A DNA stretch of 64,000 nt from the NCBI GenBank assembly GCA_028023455.1, contig JAQFVV010000006.1, positions 186,001 through 250,000 of the forward strand, in the 5' to 3' direction. Origin of the DNA: Epiperipatus broadwayi. Taxonomy: Eukaryota > Animalia > Onychophora. Positions within the stretch are counted from its first letter, which is position 1; every line of letters begins with the position of its first letter. Below are positions 1 through 13,368 of the stretch, in pieces. A model generated the notes under the pieces. It worked only from the letters and a program-made list of their open reading frames with translations, was not told the origin of the DNA and ran no database searches. A program made the translations under genes and the position numbers.

Positions 1-865
1 AAAGGCTGCTTGATTTATATTATTATTTTAATGGAACATTTTAGTAACAAAATTAAAAAAATCACCTATTGGGGTGCTTACGCCCTAGCTATAAATAACG
101 ATTTAAATCCCCCACCTGCCCTGGGAATTACAATAAAGAAGATCATAAAAAAGTTTAGATACTGGCATATGGAGTCCAAACATTTGGTCTTCATAATTAA
201 ATTAAATCTCACTGCACTGCCAACAAATCATTTTCTGGTCATGCAGAGGGTTTTAACCAAAATTGATTCGACATGTCCACTTTGCAAACAAGAAGAAGAA
301 ACCATTGAACATGTCCTTCATACATGTCAATATTTGAACCCCATCAGAAAATTCATCGTCCTTCATACATGTCAATATTTGAACCCCATTAGAAAATTCA
401 TCACAGCTTGTACCAAAATTAATCCTAAGGAAATTTTTTCAATTAAAGCCACTATAATAAAAGGACACTTCCCTGTAATCAGGATCGCAACTTTCCCCAC
501 TTTTGCCATCTGGTTATTAAGATGTCCATTAATCTTCAAAAAATAATAACTGTGATTTAATCTCTACATTTTGTAAGATCATAGAGAAAATCAAGACAAG
601 AGACCGAATAGTAGCTCCCATGGGAATATTTAATGATACCTGGGCTATTTACCAGTTGCCTAAAACCTGAACATTCCACTCCCAAAAAATCCAAGAACAC
701 TTAATTATGAACAATCCCTTGCAGCCTCAAGCTCAATTAGGTATCACTGGAGGTTTAAACACAAGATTAACCACAGACAGCAATGCTGAATATCCATAAA
801 AAACATTGTATTCATACTGTATTTCTAATTGACCAATAAATTCTATTTTAAAAATAATAATTAAG
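1..865 (+). mobile_element. 3' end of a non-LTR retrotransposon (zf-RVT-type CCHC knuckle), truncated by the window edge
   Basis: ORF 10..546 contains CPLCKQEEETIEHVLHTC (CxxC-x7-H-x4-C, typical of LINE ORF2 C-termini), followed by a 3' UTR ending in an A-rich tail near 835-865. Confidence 0.8.
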
Positions 866-1967
866 AAACATTAAAACTATAGGATTCAAGTTGATATACA
901 ATTTTTTTTATAGATAAATCATACGTGATATACTATAAAATATCTGTATATAACAGCAATAATATATATATATGTATTATAATAATTATGCACATAAAAG
1001 GTCTTTTCGGCAAATATTAATTTTTGCCCTTTTCAATATGCTCGAATTAGTTTACAATTGCATACATAGCGACCTCTATCTGCTTTTTTTTTGAGTTAAA
1101 TCATTTGTTATAAAGCTGTCATCCCACTCGTTCACATACCCATATACATATATTCATAAAAATATTATATTTTCTCTTTCAACTGGAATTTTTTTTTTAC
1201 TATTATAAATGTTTTGTCTGGAACTAGGTGGATAATTTTGGAAATAATTTCATTCTATAATGCTTGTTTATTTCCTTCTAGCCATTCTTTAGTCCAATTA
1301 TTGTGTCCCGATCTTAATATATATATATATTGTATATAAATTGCATATTTTCCTTCCACTATTAAAAACTTCTGCAATATTCTTTACAAAATTATAAAAA
1401 TATCATATTCTCCTTTTGTTCTTTCAACTGGAAAAGTATAATAATTAAAAATTAAAAAGAAAAAAGGAATACAATATGTGAGTAATGTTATAAATAATTA
1501 TGAAGAGTAAAGCTTAAGAAATATTGTGAAAGTTCTTAAAAGAAATAAAAATTTGCAATTGCATATATAAAAACAAAAAGAGCTTTCTGTTTGTGTTTTA
1601 ATCAGACAGTTCTTCAGAAACAATAACAACGAATCACCATATTTCAGAATTTAAGGAAACCAAAACCAGCTCTCCACTCTAGCGCCATCTAGTAGAAGCT
1701 TTTGTAATTAATGACTACCAGATGCATACAAAATCCCTGTAGTATTTAAATACCCATCCTCAAACTGAATTCTGGTTTCTGCCTTTATCAATGAAGTTTG
1801 CAATTCAAAGTTGAGAGAGATGTAAACATGAGTTCGGGAACTGTCTTTAATTTCATGTTAACGATTAAGCTGAAAGTCTGAAATTCAAATTGGTCTAAGA
1901 TTTTGAACTTAAGTCAAACCTGCTTGAACAGTTCCACTGATCTGAACCTACTTCAGTAACTAGATAT

Positions 1968-2582
1968 TGTAGTGTTTGTAAAAATGGCAGACATGTTTGT
2001 GCACTCCGGAAAAACTAGAATTTATTCGAGAGGTTGTTTTTAGATCACGCTCTGATAACGGAGGAATTTAATTAAGGCATTGACGTAATGGCGATCGACA
2101 ATTCCAAAAAATATTTGCTGATTGCAAATATTTCTGGATAAGAGACCGTACCTTATTGGACAATGAATTGATTGTTGCTGTTATCAGAAAGTGATAAGAA
2201 GACTCAGTAAGAACAACTAGGCAGAGCAGTATAAGGTAGAGAGCTGTGTAAGCAGTATTGGAGTAGCAGACAGTATTTGAGTAGGCAGTATTGAGTGCAG
2301 ACCATTCGTTGGAGAGCATCCGTTTGCAGACCATCCGTTGCAGAGAATTCGGTGCAGACCATTCGTTGGAGAGCATCTGTTGCAGACCATTCGTTTGGAG
2401 AACATCCATTGCAGAAAATACAGTGTATTCAGAGCATTCATTGCAGACCATTCGTTGGAGAGCATCCGCAGCAGAGCATTCGTTGCAAGAGAACATCGTG
2501 GGAATTGAACATAGTTATCTGCTGACCGCACAGTCATACTTGCGGATATAACATTGGCACAGTCAGACTGGCGGATATAACA
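1968..2582. mobile_element. Solo LTR (615 bp) with 5-bp target-site duplication GATAT
   Basis: Begins TGTAGTG at 1968 and ends ATAACA at 2582; GATAT at both 1963-1967 and 2583-2587; GC/CpG-richer than the flanks. Confidence 0.75.
2296..2495 (+). repeat. 14-bp minisatellite (GCAGACCATTCGTT / GGAGAGCATCCGTT variants) inside the solo LTR
   Basis: Directly visible tandem units alternating in a ~28-bp higher-order pattern. Confidence 0.9.
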
Positions 2583-5500
2583 GATATTTTACTACTTTCA
2601 GTTCTTCATTAACTGTAAGCAACATATGCCGTTGGCTAGGAATGTTAATAATAAATAATCGCCAAACTTTCCCGTAAGCTTGAGTGATCAGTGATTACAG
2701 GTGTGTATAAAATCGCTACGCTTAGTATTTAAATCCTCATCTTCAGACTAGTTTCTGATTTTTGTTTTCATCAATAATGCTTAGGGTTCAAAATTGGAAG
2801 AAATGTAGACATCAATCCATCAACAACATTTAACTTCCAGTTTACTTGTCAAATTAAAAACTTGAAATTCAAATCAGCTTAAGGTATTTTGAATCCAAGT
2901 CAATCTGCTTGAAACAGATAAAATGGAGTTAAAAGTGGTTATTGAATGCAAGTCAGAATTCCTTCCAATTTTGAATCCCCAATTTCAGTGATAAAGGCAA
3001 AGGCTGGAAAAGATCTGAGAAAGGAAGATTTTATGACTAAGGGTAAGAATTTTGCATGCAACTGGTGTCATACTCAAGATGACGCTAAAGCTACATCTTA
3101 AATTAAAGCTAAATTGCATGGCAAATGGAAGTATTTATGCCTACAATGACTATGACTTTGCATTTGAATCTGGACTGAATAAATTGGAAATTTTTTCAAC
3201 AGACATGAAATGTTGCTTTCGATAGTCAGACCGCAGCTGAACCAGATAACCAAACACTATTGGTTGATAAATGGGTACCTAGCTAATTTTTTACTAAAAA
3301 GTAAAACAAGAATCGAAAAATGATCAAATTCTCATCCCCAACAATTGACAAGTCTGGTACATATGACTATTTTCATTGTTTTTATGAGAGGCAGTTGAAG
3401 ACACTTGCTCTACTATGGGCTTCCAGTATATATGTATGATGGGATAATTTAAACTTGAAATTATATAATTTATTACTAAAACACATATAAGATAAATTCT
3501 CAAATTAATATACAGCTGTGTATCTTTTGCTACTCATTTTAAGCTGTTCTCTAATTGATTCGAATGATACAACTTTATATAGGTTGCAATTTTCTATAAC
3601 GATTCACCAGATAAATTTCACTGCTAAAGAAATAAATGAAAGAATTAAATGGTTTTACCATATATCTGAAGTATTTAAAATATTATTGGATGCCCTGCAG
3701 TTTACAATTCTGTAATTAATAAAGTTTATTTAATGCAAACAAATGAAAAAAAAAACTTCCTTTATTAGTATAATAATATATATAAAAAATATTTTATAGT
3801 AAATACTTTTATTTATCGTGCAGTGATTGAATTAATTAATTTCTAGACACACCAGCTTTTATTTCAAGTTAAATATAAAAAATTCAAATTTTGGTGAAGA
3901 AAACAATTACTTTTGGCTTTTTAATACACAATAAATAAAAGCTACGAATATGACTACAAATAAACGAAATGATGCTTAAAATTGCAAAATATTATAAATA
4001 ATATTTTCTTTTAAACACGTAAAACATGTTTTATATTGAATTACATTAAAAAGAAATAAAATTATTGAATTACAAAAAATTACTCAATTATAAAATATTT
4101 TTCATATGTATTATTTTTAATTTTTTAATATTCAGATATTTTTTTAATTAATAATATTCTCATTTAAAAATTGGCTTTTTAGTGCGCATTGCATAAAAAC
4201 ATTATTTACAAAATATTATTTACATATATTATTTTTAATTTTTTAGAATTCTATATTTTTTGTAATTATTCCTATTCAAATTTTAAAATGGAGAATAAAA
4301 ACAATGTTGCAGTCTGTATAATATTTGGCAGGAAAGTCATACACATTAAAAATCAATTCCATTATAACTTTCGTTATGAAGGAAATGTTTTTTTTTTTTA
4401 AAGTAAGAAATTTTTACAATAAAAAGACACTAAAATTTCAACCATTTTAAAAAAACCAACTTTTACATGCAAGAGAAATTAAGATTTATTTTTATTTCTA
4501 TTTTAACTGACTCTAAACACTTTTTTTGTGTAAGCTTTTTTTAAAAAAAAAATATCGATCTCTCATACACATCACTGAAAACTTACGGAACCAATATTAA
4601 TATTTGAAATTCAGCATGTTGACACTGTTATATTGGGTAAACGAGTGGACAACTTTGAAGTATGTCACTGTCATATTGTATTGTCACTGATTTCTATCAC
4701 ATTCACGGAATTTTAAAAAAATCCATTTGATAGAAGTACGTTAATAATCAATTACAAAATTTAATCTAAATAAACAAACAAATTATTAGAATTTCTAAGT
4801 TAAATAAAAGCATTTAAAAAATAGTTTGCTGCTAGTAAGTGAAAAGAAAATTTCTCCTTTTCAGACTTTTAAATTGAATTATTATTCAACTTTGAATGTA
4901 TAATAAAGAAATAATAATTTTCTTTTAATGAATAAGATACACCCCCTCCCCCCTTTTTTTTCCCCATGATATTAAGTTGAATCAATATTCAAGTAGATAA
5001 TATGATAAATTTTGAATATTTTAAGCAGTTTCTGTAAACTCATGTATATCAAATTAATTTTTATATAAGTACGGGCTATTATATCAGATTTAATTAAGAA
5101 GAAAATTCTCCGTGGACACAATAAAAAACTAACAGCATTTTTAAATAAATAAAATGATGAAAATATATATAGAAAACATTGAAATCATGAATTCTAACTA
5201 ACAGTTTCTCTCTGAGCATTATTTCATCAGTGTGGAGTTGTCAATTTCATATATAGTCATCTGCAGAAGTATAACAAAAAACATTAGTGCACATTACACT
5301 TACATGTTTTACATCAGCGGATAGATAATTTCCTGTAGTTTTTAACAAGATATCAAACATGGTGATGTGACTTCTAGTTTATTAATTATTATAATTTTTG
5401 TAAAAAGTATATTTTCAAAAGACTTTTTTTTTTAAGGGAAAGAAAAAAAAGCATGGATATTTTTATTAATATAATAGGTTAAGGTATGTATAATTTTGAT

Positions 5501-6084
5501 TATTATATTTTTATATTATGTAAAAAATTGACTATTTTAATACAAAACTATTTTTAATTATAAAAGAAAATTATTTGTCCCTAGTACATTTTTTAATACA
5601 AATAAAAAAGATTGGACAAATAATTATATATTCAATAAATATGCTCTTTTTTACAATATGAATATGTTGTGCATGTAAATCAATCCAATTCAAATAAATA
5701 TTGTCCTTTGTTTTTTTAACTTTAAAAATGTTATTAAAATAAATACTTGAAAACAATATCCCTTGCATAAGTATGTAAATGGATTATTCTACCGTACATG
5801 AGGGGTCAGAATGACTAATGGTCAACATGGGTAGGATGACAACCTTGGCACTAATGTGGGCTTTGAACGTTCCATCATCAGATTTTCAATGAAATGGATG
5901 GCTGAAGAGTTGAAAGATGGAGTAGTTTGAAGCCTGTCCATTAAATATGCAGATTGGCTATCTTAATATAAAGCTGAGCACTAACTGTATATATGTGTGG
6001 AGATAGTAATCTGGACCAACTGATGATTGCTGGTTTAGCATGAATCACATATATTGGTGATCATTTATCTTTTCAACGTGTGTG

Positions 6085-6160
6085 TGATCAGGTCGGTCAG
6101 CAATATGAGATGGCATGGAGAGTTGACAGTCATGTGAAAGTCCGAGTTCGAATCCCTTAT
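6085..6160 (+). mobile_element. Degenerate tRNA-derived SINE head
   Basis: Pol III B-box GAGTTCGAATCCC at 6144-6156; A-box poorly preserved. Confidence 0.35.
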
Positions 6161-7836
6161 ATATTACATTATATATGTGCAGGTGTGTATAAGCCTGTAT
6201 AGTGATTAAATAAAATATTTATTATGATAAAACAGAAAGCCCTTTAAGTATATGTAAGTGAAAATCGATCAAAAACTATGTTGAATGAATGAAGGGTTCT
6301 AATTTCAGATAAAAAGACAATATCTTATTAATAATGATTGTTAAATACAATTATATCTTTTTTTTTACATTGTTGCATATATAACACATTTACAACATTA
6401 AAAATATTTTAATTTTAAAACTAGCATAATTTAATATACAATTTTGAATAAATTTAAAAATATTTATTTATTTTATATTAATTTTTATACTTTCTTAGCT
6501 GCTATGTCCTGAAAGTATTTGAATACCAGTCAGGCAGCATTGATGAATTTTAAATAAATCTAAATATAAGTTTACTGTAACAAAATCAATTTATTTTTAA
6601 GTTCCAATATGTCGCCTGGATGCTTGTTCACGGTACCGAAAGCGCTTGGCAAATAGTTTTTGTGAGTAATATTTTTTGGATTTTAGCTACTCTGTTTACC
6701 ACACTTTATATGTGTAGAATAATTTTTATTTAATATCAATAACAAATAAAAAAAAAAAAAAACTTGTACAATAATGAGGAGAGATTTCAATGGAAATCTC
6801 TAGTCTATAAACTCTTGTGTCTGTACATGCTCACTAAATAAATATAATCCTATTGCAGTGTGTATTAATTAAAGGAAGTCCTTCACACTTCCATTCGGGA
6901 TTAACTGCAAAATACATATATATGTAAGGAACATAAATTCCTTATAATCATAACCCTGATATGCAGACTATAAGCTACCACTGTAATAATTGAATCATAC
7001 TCACACTTATTATGCTTCTTTATTGTTCATTATATTCAATTATACCTTCATTGTACACATTAACAACTACCTTAACAAATATCAGCTTATTCAAAATTCA
7101 CATTGGCCTATTCATAAAACCTAGCAGAAGTTTTTATACAAGACTCCGATTATGATTAATTGTTAGTCATTTGCAAAATTTACATTTGAATGTATGATTG
7201 ACATATGTAGATTTTCTAGAATAGTTTAATATGATGAAATACTGTAATTTTATACTGTCTGCATGTATTTACAAAGTAAAAATAACAATCTCTATTTACA
7301 TTAATTGTATATATATTAATGTAAATAATCTAAAAAATTTTTATTAGTACAATATCAAACTGGTGTGTTTTTGGTTAGAAATAGCACCATCCCGCAGCTG
7401 ACACAAGGATCAGATGAGAACCAAAAAATTCAATAAGGCATTTTCAGTAATGATCCATTTTGGTATTGAACAATTTTGTTAAAGGCAGCTTATCTATATT
7501 CCAAATAAAAATTTAAATAAATTTAATTTAATGATTTTTTTTCATTAAGTGCCAATTAAAATGTTTCATTTTAAAACAATTTCTTATTTCATTGCTTTAA
7601 AATATTATTTTACTATTAATCAAACAACTTGTAAAAGTAGCCAATAAAAAATATTTATCAGCTACTTTCATAATAGTCGATAAATTTATCAATTTCGGCA
7701 ATTTTCTTTTGGTTATATATGACATTATCCTTCGCTGGACCCTCATGGTCCATTACAAAAAAAAAAAAAAGATTAATCAAGCACATTTAAACAAAAAATG
7801 CATATATATATATAGACTTTCTAGTAAAATTCATAC

Positions 7837-7918
7837 CAAATGAAGAGACTGAGATAAAACTTGAATTATATCTAAAATGGTTCGCAGTACACGACCATTC
7901 CAAAGAAGATGAGGAAAC
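7837..7918 (-). CDS. PI4KA: PI4KA exon (82 nt): (R)[27 protein letters not shown]
   Basis: Acceptor attttag, donor gtatga; conserved FPHLLW..VL.T.LDI.Q. Confidence 0.96.
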
Positions 7919-10900
7919 CTAAAATATATATAATTTATATTAAACACAATTTTTCAAAAGTGCTTATTTTACAAATATTCTAAAATTAAAAGATATTACT
8001 AAAAAATATTGTCACAGAAATATTAATATATTCAATTATGTACTTAATGTATTAAGAGAGTCCATATCTTGATTGAAAGACAATTTAATCACCCATTATT
8101 ACTAATTATTTAAGTAAGATATAATATTATTACATAATAACCAAATTTTAAATTGGAAACTATTACAACGCTGACAAGATCAGTTTCTGCAGAACTCCTG
8201 TCATCAACCATGCCAAGCTTCAACAGCTTAATCATATATCGGAATACAATACTCATGAATCTTACTGAAGCAATATGAATGAACATAAGCAGAATTGAAT
8301 TCTTATCAAAAAAATTTCAGATTTTTTTCACACGTTATAAACCAAAGTTATGTCAGTTGCTAATATTTTATGTTTTTGAATAATTAATGATTTAAGCCGA
8401 AAATAAATTAAACTCAGAAAAGCATTAGAAGAATGAAGACAAAGCTTACAATGTTGTTAAGGAATAATAATTTACATGAGAAAAAACTCATAAAATGAGC
8501 TGAAGCCATAATTAAAATATGTAATAATAAAAAGAAACATAATATTTTGGAAACAACATCATCTACATGTCACAATTAAAAACATTTTGAAATAATATCA
8601 GATTTTAATTTGGGAGAGATAAACATAGGGTCAGCACTGATGGAAGTATAATCCTTGCCACATCAGCAATAAAGGATGCATCACATAAATAACCTTAATT
8701 TTTATTTTTACCATCAGTGCAACAATGTTCATTTGACTAATCCAGATTACACCGAGACCTTCACAGACTAGCTAAGAATGAGTAGACACCCATTTAACAA
8801 TCAATATTGGATGACTAACTGAATTGACCACAGGCTATCTATCCGGAAAAAAAAAAAAAAACTGTGAAACTATCTTCCAAGATTCATCTGACGCAGATAT
8901 AATCCCCATGTGATTGGCAAGGCAGATAGATAATGCTAACAATTAAGCACTGAGGCTCATCAATAGAAGGTTAACAGAAAAAAATATCAAACTTAAGATT
9001 TTATTTTTGTAAATGTGGAAATGATTAATGGAGAGAATATAAGTGGTTTTTAACAGTGAAGATAAACTTAAAAATAATTAAACGTAACTTGTAAAGGACA
9101 AAATATCTGAACAATTTATGCTTTTAATGCATTTACTTCATGTAAATTTTTACTTTTCTGAAAGAAGGGTTAAGGAATTTTTTTTTAAAGTAAAGAGTGA
9201 CACAAAATATTATACTCCTTCCTTTTGATTATAACAGATATCAATTTCCATTCTATCTGAACACATATATGATGTCAAATGTCCTACACAAGCATCAAAA
9301 TCCACATATCAAAGCTCGGTCCTGTCACTTCGGTGCCTGAATTTCTTAAAGTACCCTCAAGCAACAAACCATTCGATTATTTTTTTCATGGCAAACTCAA
9401 TATCTAGGCACCAAAATGGCATAAAACAGTTATACTAGTGAGTAGCAAATGTTGAAACAAGTTCTTATTTCATTATTTTTGCACAGAAACAATGCCATCA
9501 AGCGGCCGCACCCGGATTTCAGACATTTACCAAATATTTTTTAGATTTCACATTTCCAAACCATGTTTTAATGTATATCTCAGAATGAATTTTAAGTTTA
9601 TAATGTTCCACTAACTTGAATGATTTGGTGCAATGGTAAGATGGTAGACACTGGAGTTGAAGGTCTATGAATCACAGCCATTCTCACTTCCGGCGCTTAA
9701 ACTTCTCAACTCCCGAACAATCAGCTATTCGATTATTTTTTTTTTGGTGTTTTGTTCGTATTTTTATGTTCTCTCTTAGCAAAAAAAAAAAAAACCTTAA
9801 ATCATACACATATTTAGAAATAAAGTAAATAATCACATGATCAGTTAATCGAAGCAGACAATGTTCAGGTGTGACTGTTACAATATATTGATCAAACTCA
9901 CATTTCGTTTTCCTTAGAAGTAATGCAAAGCAGAAATATTTAGTTCTTAAGTCATTCATTCTTATCATTTCACTAAACAAGGCATCATAACAATAAAATC
10001 TAAGAAAAAAAAATACAGCTAAGAAAATGCAACAGAAAATAACACTAATGAAATAAATATTCCAAAAATTTAAAAACATTACTATGTTTTAAGTATTTTT
10101 AAATGATTATGTATTAATTATTTTAAAATTGATTTAGTATGTACTGAATTAAAAGCAATACTAAAACTGTATAAATGAACACGTAGTAATTGTTTTAAAA
10201 TTTATTTAATATGTATAAGCAATACTAAGACTATAAAATCAATAAAACATGACATGATACCAGTTTACATAATATATATATATATATATATATATGTGGG
10301 AGACAAAGCTCTGTAACATCATGTGATCAAAGCAATATATATCAAATTTATAATTAAAGGCTATGGTAAGGACGAAATATATTTACTGTATTTTGCATGA
10401 TCACAAAAAGAATGTTAAAAAAAGAAATACAAAAATTAACTTTTTGAAAACTATAATAAAATGGAAAAAGTATTAAAATTGTGGTTGGGTATATATTATT
10501 TTTTGAAAGGAAAGTTACTTAAAAAAGATTTAGGTATGAGAGAAAATAATTTGAAAATCCAATGAAATTAATCGACAATTCAAAAATGTTGAGAAATTTA
10601 GTGATAAATCACACATTATTTTTATTAAAATAATAATACTGACAGTGAATAATTCAATCAAAATTTAAAAAAAAAAAAAACTGAAAATATGATTTCAGAC
10701 AAATATTGACCATTGCCTAAATAATGTAAGTGAAAAATATCCAAATTATGTCTCCTAAATTTATAAAATACTAACTTAACTAAATTACAATCAAGACAAA
10801 TACGTAAATAAATTTATGGAATAAAGAAGGACAACAAAAACGTGTAAATGAAATGAAAATTATTTATTATAGAAAAAAAAATACTTGAGACATGATTAAG

Positions 10901-11005
10901 TCTATAAACAATATGAACAAATTTAAGTTCTTTTTATTTGACTATTTTCTCTTTCAATATACATTATGTATTCCAGAAGGTTTGTGATGATGATATTCTA
11001 GTTGT

Positions 11006-11552
11006 ATTTTTATATTGGACTATTTCCATCATCTAATATGAGTACTGAATGTCTTTTAGAAAAATTTAACTTTATTTAAATATTCCAAATGCATTCTATC
11101 GTTAGTAATAGCGTATCAAACAGGTTAGTATATGCATGTGACAAAAAATCCCATAGGCCAACCCAGTGTGACTATACATAATGTACAGAAACCACTAATT
11201 AACTTTGCTCTTAGGAAAAAGTGGAGAAATCAGGAGGAACCTCATAGATAAGTAAATGAAATATCTACCGACTGTTGCCTTTGGCAGGATGGCTCAATTG
11301 GTTAGAGCATTACCTTAAACTTTAAAAGTCAAGAATCTAAGGACCCAGGTTCGAATTCTATGCTACTGGTCAGGCCAGCAACACCTCAAGAAGAGGGGAG
11401 ATTAATACCTCTTAAAACGTTGTGCATATACTAACCTGTTTGATGTGCTATTACTAACAGTTGAATGTATTTGGAATATTTAAATAAAAAAATTTTTTTC
11501 TAAAGATATTCAATACTCATATTAGATGATGGAAATAGTCCAATATAAAAAT
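11006..11552. mobile_element. MITE-like element with ~130-bp terminal inverted repeats
   Basis: Arms 11006-11136 and 11423-11552 are reverse complements (ggactatttccatcatcta...); single arms of the same family at 30684, 36371 and 55588. Confidence 0.85.
11283..11367 (+). ncRNA. tRNA-like / SINE-head sequence inside the MITE spacer (not an intact tRNA)
   Basis: A-box TGGCTCAATTGG, B-box GGTTCGAATTC, a CCTTA...TAAGG stem around a 20-nt insert; acceptor stem not preserved. Confidence 0.55.
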
Positions 11553-13083
11553 AGATACATTATATATTAAGATTTTATTTTCAGCTCTGAACAATTTAAA
11601 GAATGATAGAACACATAGATTATTAAGTTCTGATATTCTCAAACATGTACTGCTTTAAAAAATACTAAACCACAAACATAATAATACCTCAAAGTTAAAT
11701 CTATATGAAAGTGGTAGGTAAAGTAAAACAGCCTTTAAATACTGCCATTGCAAGACAAAAGCCTTCTTACGAGTACATTATAGATTCCACTTAAGAAATG
11801 TTTTTGTTAAGTGTATCTCACTTATTTATCAATTTTTATAATGACTGAAAAGTTGGAACAAAGATTAATTCTGGTTTTTTGTTAAGGAAAATGGCAGGGA
11901 AAACAGTTGTAATGCTTAAAACAGCTTCCAAACAAGCTGCTCTGAGAAGAATGTAAGTTTGTGAGTGATTTAATGGGATATTGAAGAAGGCAGAACTAAT
12001 CAGGTTTGCCGATTGCCAGATGGTGTTGGCCTGAGCAGGATTCCATCCTTGTTTTACACCTAGTTAAAAATAAGTAGATACCCAATTATCAACCAATAAT
12101 GACTAGGTAGATGAGTTGGTTGTAAAACAGCTATCTAAAAAAAAATAATCCTAAATCTGTTGAAAAAAGCTTTCAGTTTACATAACCCAGATCTGAATCC
12201 AGATCATAAATATGGCAGATTTGCATTACAAGGCTTTCTTAATCAATAAGAAAATCTAACCAGTCAACTTTATGTTACTTCTTAATGATTTAGAACTATA
12301 AAAATGTGGGTTTTTTTTTACTCATTTAATAACTTTTACTTTTTTTATATGTACTGTATTCATAAAATGAAAAATAATTAAAAATTTTGTGACTTTTTTT
12401 CTTGCTTATCATAGTACTCATATTATTTTCTATTTTAATAATTCTAACGAGAAAATTTATACTTCAAAATAACTGGGGAACCTATAGTACTACGATGACC
12501 CAAAGAAAATATGTCTACAACAATAATCTATCAAAAAAAAAAAGTTATACAGCTTCAAAAGAAAATGGGTAATTAAAATCCTTAACTTCATCCCAAAATA
12601 GATCCATAAATCAAGCAAAGATTTCCTTAAAACAGATATAGATCCTAAAAACAATAGTAATAAAAAACAAACAAACAAGAGCAGAGTCCCTCGGGTGGTC
12701 GCATAATGTTCAAGAATTAGAAATGAAAGGTTAAGTTAAATGAAGTCGTTCTAAACAATTTCTATATTAAGGCGAAATGCATGAAATGACCATAACTATT
12801 GAATTCCAACATGAAATTAACATTTTGTTATTATTTCTAGAACTATTAGGGAAATGGATATTAATGACAAAATAAGTGCATGAAAAATATTAATTTTTAA
12901 TTTAAATAGAATCTGAAATTCATTATTGCTTAATTTGACTGAGCGACTAACTTTGCGTTTGCAAGAGATCTAGCATTAATAATCTAAACCTTCACGGTCA
13001 AATATGGCATTTGTCTCGCACAAAGCAAAATAGTCTTTAAGCTATTCTATAATAGAATAATATTCACAGTAGTTATTGATAGG

Positions 13084-13368
13084 AAAAACTCACTATACGT
13101 ACTGCCACACATAGCAAGCTAGAGTAATCAATGGATGCCCAAAGGCTTGTGAATAAAATCCCCATCTAGTGCTATTCATCCAATATCCCCAGACTAGTTT
13201 CTGGCTTGTAGCCTTCGTCATTGAGGAACCTCAGATCTGAGAGTACTGCACCTAGATCTTACAATCTAATGTAACCCTCTAGCAGCCACCTTTTATCTCC
13301 ACTTAACTACAAAATCACGAGCCTTAAATTGAAAGCTTGCTGTGTGTAGCAATACGTATAGTGAGTTT
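13084..13368 (-). mobile_element. Short hammerhead-bearing repeat with inverted arms (copy 1)
   Basis: Arms 13084-13117 and 13335-13368; minus strand reads cctca-ATGACGA-aggctacaagcca-GAAAC-TA-GTC-tgggga at 13186-13227. Confidence 0.7.

Noticed and set aside
2296-2495. Possible CRISPR-like array
   Set aside because: Contiguous tandem units with no unique spacers, in a eukaryotic intron, with no cas genes
2068-2551. Four overlapping ORFs on both strands (2068..2496, 2217..2537, 2291..2551, 2295..2525)
   Set aside because: They are readings of the 14-bp minisatellite in the solo LTR; repetitive peptides in several frames, no gene signals
1-7836. Next PI4KA exon (expected phase 0, after ...SLHL)
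   Set aside because: No segment with a fitting peptide found; the candidate acceptor near 6905 gives an immediate stop in phase 0. The exon probably lies beyond the window, though I may have missed it
9684-10079. 131-aa minus-strand ORF
   Set aside because: Phe/Ile-rich translation crossing homopolymer runs, no recognisable motif or splice context; probably a chance AT-rich ORF, though unverified
10271-10295. (TA)n microsatellite, and similar (CA)n at ~54203 and (GAT)n at ~18001
   Set aside because: Ordinary simple repeats for an AT-rich genome
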